From NCBI RefSeq assembly GCF_018350175.1, contig NC_058373.1, forward strand, positions 99,760,001-99,824,000: a DNA stretch of 64,000 nt. Direction: 5' to 3'. Both the position numbers and the translations under genes were made by a program. A model generated the notes under the pieces. The model was not told where the DNA came from. It saw only the letters and a list, made by a program, of their open reading frames with translations, and did not search any database. The DNA comes from Felis catus (lineage: Eukaryota). Positions 60,921 through 64,000 of the stretch are shown here, in pieces. How positions within the stretch are numbered: the stretch's first letter is position 1; every line of letters begins with the position of its first letter.

Positions 60921-61260
60921 ATCAAACATACCCCTAGGCAGAGCAATTCCAGTGTGTTTCTTCAGTCATTTCACAGGAAGGCTCAGTGGGGAAGAGACAA
61001 GCCAGCCAAGGTAGGCTGGTGCCAATGTCGTTAAAGTATCATATTATGAAGACTCTAAACATTGATTCTATATAGTATCAGGAAGCGTGTGAGAAAACAT
61101 TCTCATTCATGCTTTGCTGCAGTGGGAAATGATATAACTCTGTAAAGGCAATTTGGCAGGATCTACCAAAGCTTTGATTGTGTGTACACACTTTGGCCCA
61201 GAAATTCTTTTAGGAATTAATTCTGTAGAAATGTTTGCACATGTATGTCCAGGAATTTTC

Positions 61261-61293
61261 TTTTTCTTTTTTAAAATTTATTTGAGAGAGAGA

Positions 61294-61352
<59 letters not shown>

Positions 61353-61395
61353 CGAGAGAGAGAGCCAGGGAGAGAGCCAGGGAGAGGCAGAGGGG

Positions 61396-61428
<33 letters not shown>

Positions 61429-61543
61429 GGAGAATCTTAAGCAGGCTCCACACTGAGGGGGCTCCATCCCACAACCCTGGGATCATAACCTGAGCTAAAA
61501 ATCAAGAGTCAGACGTTCAACCAACTGAGCCACCCAGGCACCC
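61261..61543 (-). mobile_element. CAN-SINE with (TG)n(AG)n expansion
   Basis: TSD aggaattttc; lies within degenerate L1-like sequence. Confidence 0.9.
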
Positions 61544-61699
61544 TAGGAATTTTCAACATAGCATATTTATAACAGCAAAAACAATGGCCATCAAAAGGAC
61601 ACAAAAAAAATAAAGAGAAAGCCCTCAAAAAAATAATCTATGTCCATTGCAAATAGCTTGTGCATAAACTCTCTATTTCCATAATGGCAATTAAAGGGG

Positions 61700-62490
61700 G
61701 AAGATAAACATTTATTGTGCCTTTCCTGTACAAGAATATTTTATATTTGCAAGTATCCAAATAGTACTAATTGATGTCAAAAAGTACTGTTTTATAGAGC
61801 ACTTCCAGCTGATAAGTGTAGAAGGAATGATAGAATCCAAAAACATCTATTTTATAATCCCTAATGAAATAATTGATTCAGACTATGGTCACCAACAGAT
61901 GATGAAACTCTAGAAGGAAGTCCAATGGGAACTAGCTATTGGTAGGGTTCCAAGCACTTATTACTTGTTGGTTATAAAGAGAAAAGAAAAACTTTCTCTT
62001 GGAGAGAACAAGCTGTCACCTTGACTATACTAGTGAATCTTGTCTGTCCTAACAGTGAGACTAGCTGTGACCCTCCTCAGGTGATACAGTCAGGAGGACT
62101 TGGTGCCACTTACAAAGTATTCTCATCAAAATGTTGATCCTGAAACTAATCAACTGCAGAAAGACATTTTTCACAATTGTAAAGAGGCATTCAGGGACCC
62201 TGAAAATAGACTGGATGTTAGCTGGAGGAATTATTGACAATTTTGTTAGATGACATTAGGAAAATGAGCTTTTTGGGGGGTTGGGGGAGGAACTGTATAG
62301 TGTTTAGGAGTGAAATGTCCTGACATTTCGAATTTGGTTTAAATACTTTAGCAAAGAAAAAACAGATTAAAAAAGATGAAATATGGCAAATTGTGAATCA
62401 CTGTTAATACTCTTACAGAGGTATTCACATTAAGTTCATCATAATCTTCTCTCTTCTGAATGTATGTTTGAAATTTTTTGAAAAAATTAA
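61700..62490 (+). mobile_element. Old L1 3' region (L1MC/L1ME-like)
   Basis: 'ttccagctgataagtgtagaaggaatgatagaa', 'ctaatgaaataattgattcag', 'aatatggcaaattg...tgtatgtttgaaatttt'. Confidence 0.6.
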
Positions 62491-62536
62491 ACAGAAACAA
62501 CTTTTGTGAAACTAAAATTGTAGTACATTCCATTTT

Positions 62537-62541
<5 letters not shown>

Positions 62542-62586
<45 letters not shown>
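62542..62586. repeat. (TA)n microsatellite
   Basis: Direct reading. Confidence 0.95.
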
Positions 62587-62589
<3 letters not shown>

Positions 62590-63409
62590 TTTCGGTTTAT
62601 GAAGAAAGTTTAACTTCACTCACGTTTATTAATCAATATGTGTATTCTATGACTGGTGCTACTCGTCTCGATGGGAATATAATCCAGCTTTCATGGAGCC
62701 TACAGTACAGCAAAGGAAGCAAACATTAAACTAATTGTGAAATTAATTATTTAACTGAAGCTAGAATGACCTCCTGATATTAGATGCTCTGCTCATAGCC
62801 TCAGGAGGTCTGGCCTCATCTGGGGAAGTGATGGTCAAGCCAAATACAAGACAAATTTATTGTTTCCCAAATGTGGTAGAATCTTAGGAGTTCCTGAAGA
62901 GCACTGGCTAAATTATTGACAGCAAGAAAGGACTTAAACATTAGGGACCGGAGTCAGCTTCCAGATGAGCCCAGGGTTCAGTCAGGTGTGCACAATGTCC
63001 AAAGGCTCAAAATCTCTAAGATCCCACACAGAGACCTTGTCCTGTGTTATTTTGCAGGAAAACTGACTCCTACCAAAGCCTGTCCAGATAGAGAGGGGGA
63101 GGCAGAGAGAGAAGCTGGTTGACCATATTAGTGGGGATTTCCTGCTTAGCATCACTGGAGCTGCATTTGCAGATGGAGAGAACTGGAGGGCCAGCTGGGA
63201 AAAGCTGGGGAAGAGGAGGACTAGAGAAATTGGGCAGGACTCACCCAAATATACATAAACTTGGATGAAAAGTCAGACTCCAGTTTATTTACAAACAACA
63301 GCGCATTACTTGAATTCCCCAAAGTAATTCTCCCGGAGTATTAACTACTAAGTGGAAGTCCCTCCAGACAGCAAACTTATCTCAGAGCACTAATAAGGAA
63401 TCCTGTTCC

Positions 63410-63623
63410 GGGGTGTTTAGGTGGCTCAGTCAGTTAGGCGTCCGACTTCAACTCAGGTCATGATCTTGCGGTTTGTGGGTTCAAGCCCTGCGTTGGGCTC
63501 TGTGCTGACAGCTCAGAGCCTGGAGCCTGCTTCGGATTCTGTGTCTCCCCTCTCTCTGCCCCTCCCATGCTCATACTCTGTCTCTCAATAATAAATAAAC
63601 ATTAAAAACAATTTTTTTTTAAA
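63410..63623 (+). mobile_element. CAN-SINE (SINEC_Fc-like)
   Basis: TSD gaatcctgttcc. Confidence 0.93.
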
Positions 63624-64000
63624 GAATCCTGTTCCCTCCATCCAAAGGAAGAGATTGGATTGTCTCTTGGGTTTAGCTAGGTAAATGTATCCTCCTTGGA
63701 ACAGCCAAGGTGGAGCCTGCTTTTCTGTTTCCTTGCCCTTTAAGATGGAGCAAGTATAGCGAGTCTAAAAGAGACTGTACCTATTAATTAATCCTTTTTT
63801 TAATTATGAAATATTGTACATGAGAAGTACAGAGAGTAATATACAATACCTTACTTCCCACTGGGAATTGTTTAAATTCAATATATGATTAATATATTTG
63901 TTATTTAAGAATAAAACTTCACATACAGTTGAAGTTCCTTATATATTCTTCCCTAAACCTATTCCTTTCCTCCTGGAAACAAATACTTTCCTGAATTGAT

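Noticed and set aside
56790..63142. Additional kappaB-like 10-mers (GGGAATCCCC at 56790, GGGGATTTCC at 63133)
   Set aside because: Isolated matches to a degenerate consensus at about chance frequency
2211..63600. Recurrent short ORFs 'MAQSVKRPTSAQVMISRFV...' and 'ERERERE...' that look like a peptide family
   Set aside because: All are translations of CAN-SINE copies, not genes
1..64000. Neighbouring genes (e.g. PTGDR, TXNDC16), CRISPR arrays, operons or a novel multi-gene system
   Set aside because: No exons of other genes were recognisable, there is no repeat-spacer array, and the sequence is typical mammalian DNA; small non-coding exons cannot be excluded by eye

Overview
This is mammalian (carnivore, almost certainly felid) genomic DNA, judged from abundant feline-type CAN-SINEs (SINEC_Fc-like) and a feline-type L1 3' end. 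The only protein-coding gene I can support is PTGER2 (prostaglandin E2 receptor EP2, class A GPCR) on the + strand. It has a CpG-island promoter (~16.9-18.25 kb), coding exon 1 at 17474-18316, an 11,339-nt phase-0 GT-AG intron, coding exon 2 at 29656-29877, and a probable poly(A) signal at 31028. The predicted protein is 354 aa. The rest is intronic/intergenic sequence with ~30 tRNA-derived SINEs (many with clear target-site duplications, TSDs), L1, L2, L3/CR1, MIR, ERVL/MaLR LTRs, hAT DNA transposons and microsatellites. Nearly all other ORFs in the track are repeat-derived or chance ORFs. I found no evidence of a new multi-gene system. The most notable observations are: (1) an apparently early TAG that clips the EP2 C-terminus, with an in-frame tail remnant behind it; (2) a perfect 22-bp GC palindrome and a GATA/STAT/AP-1 motif cluster in the promoter; (3) an overlapping upstream ORF; (4) a candidate SINE poison exon; (5) several nested transposon insertions and non-B-DNA tracts. 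Repeat subfamily names and cross-species comparisons come from memory of consensus sequences and need RepeatMasker/alignment confirmation.
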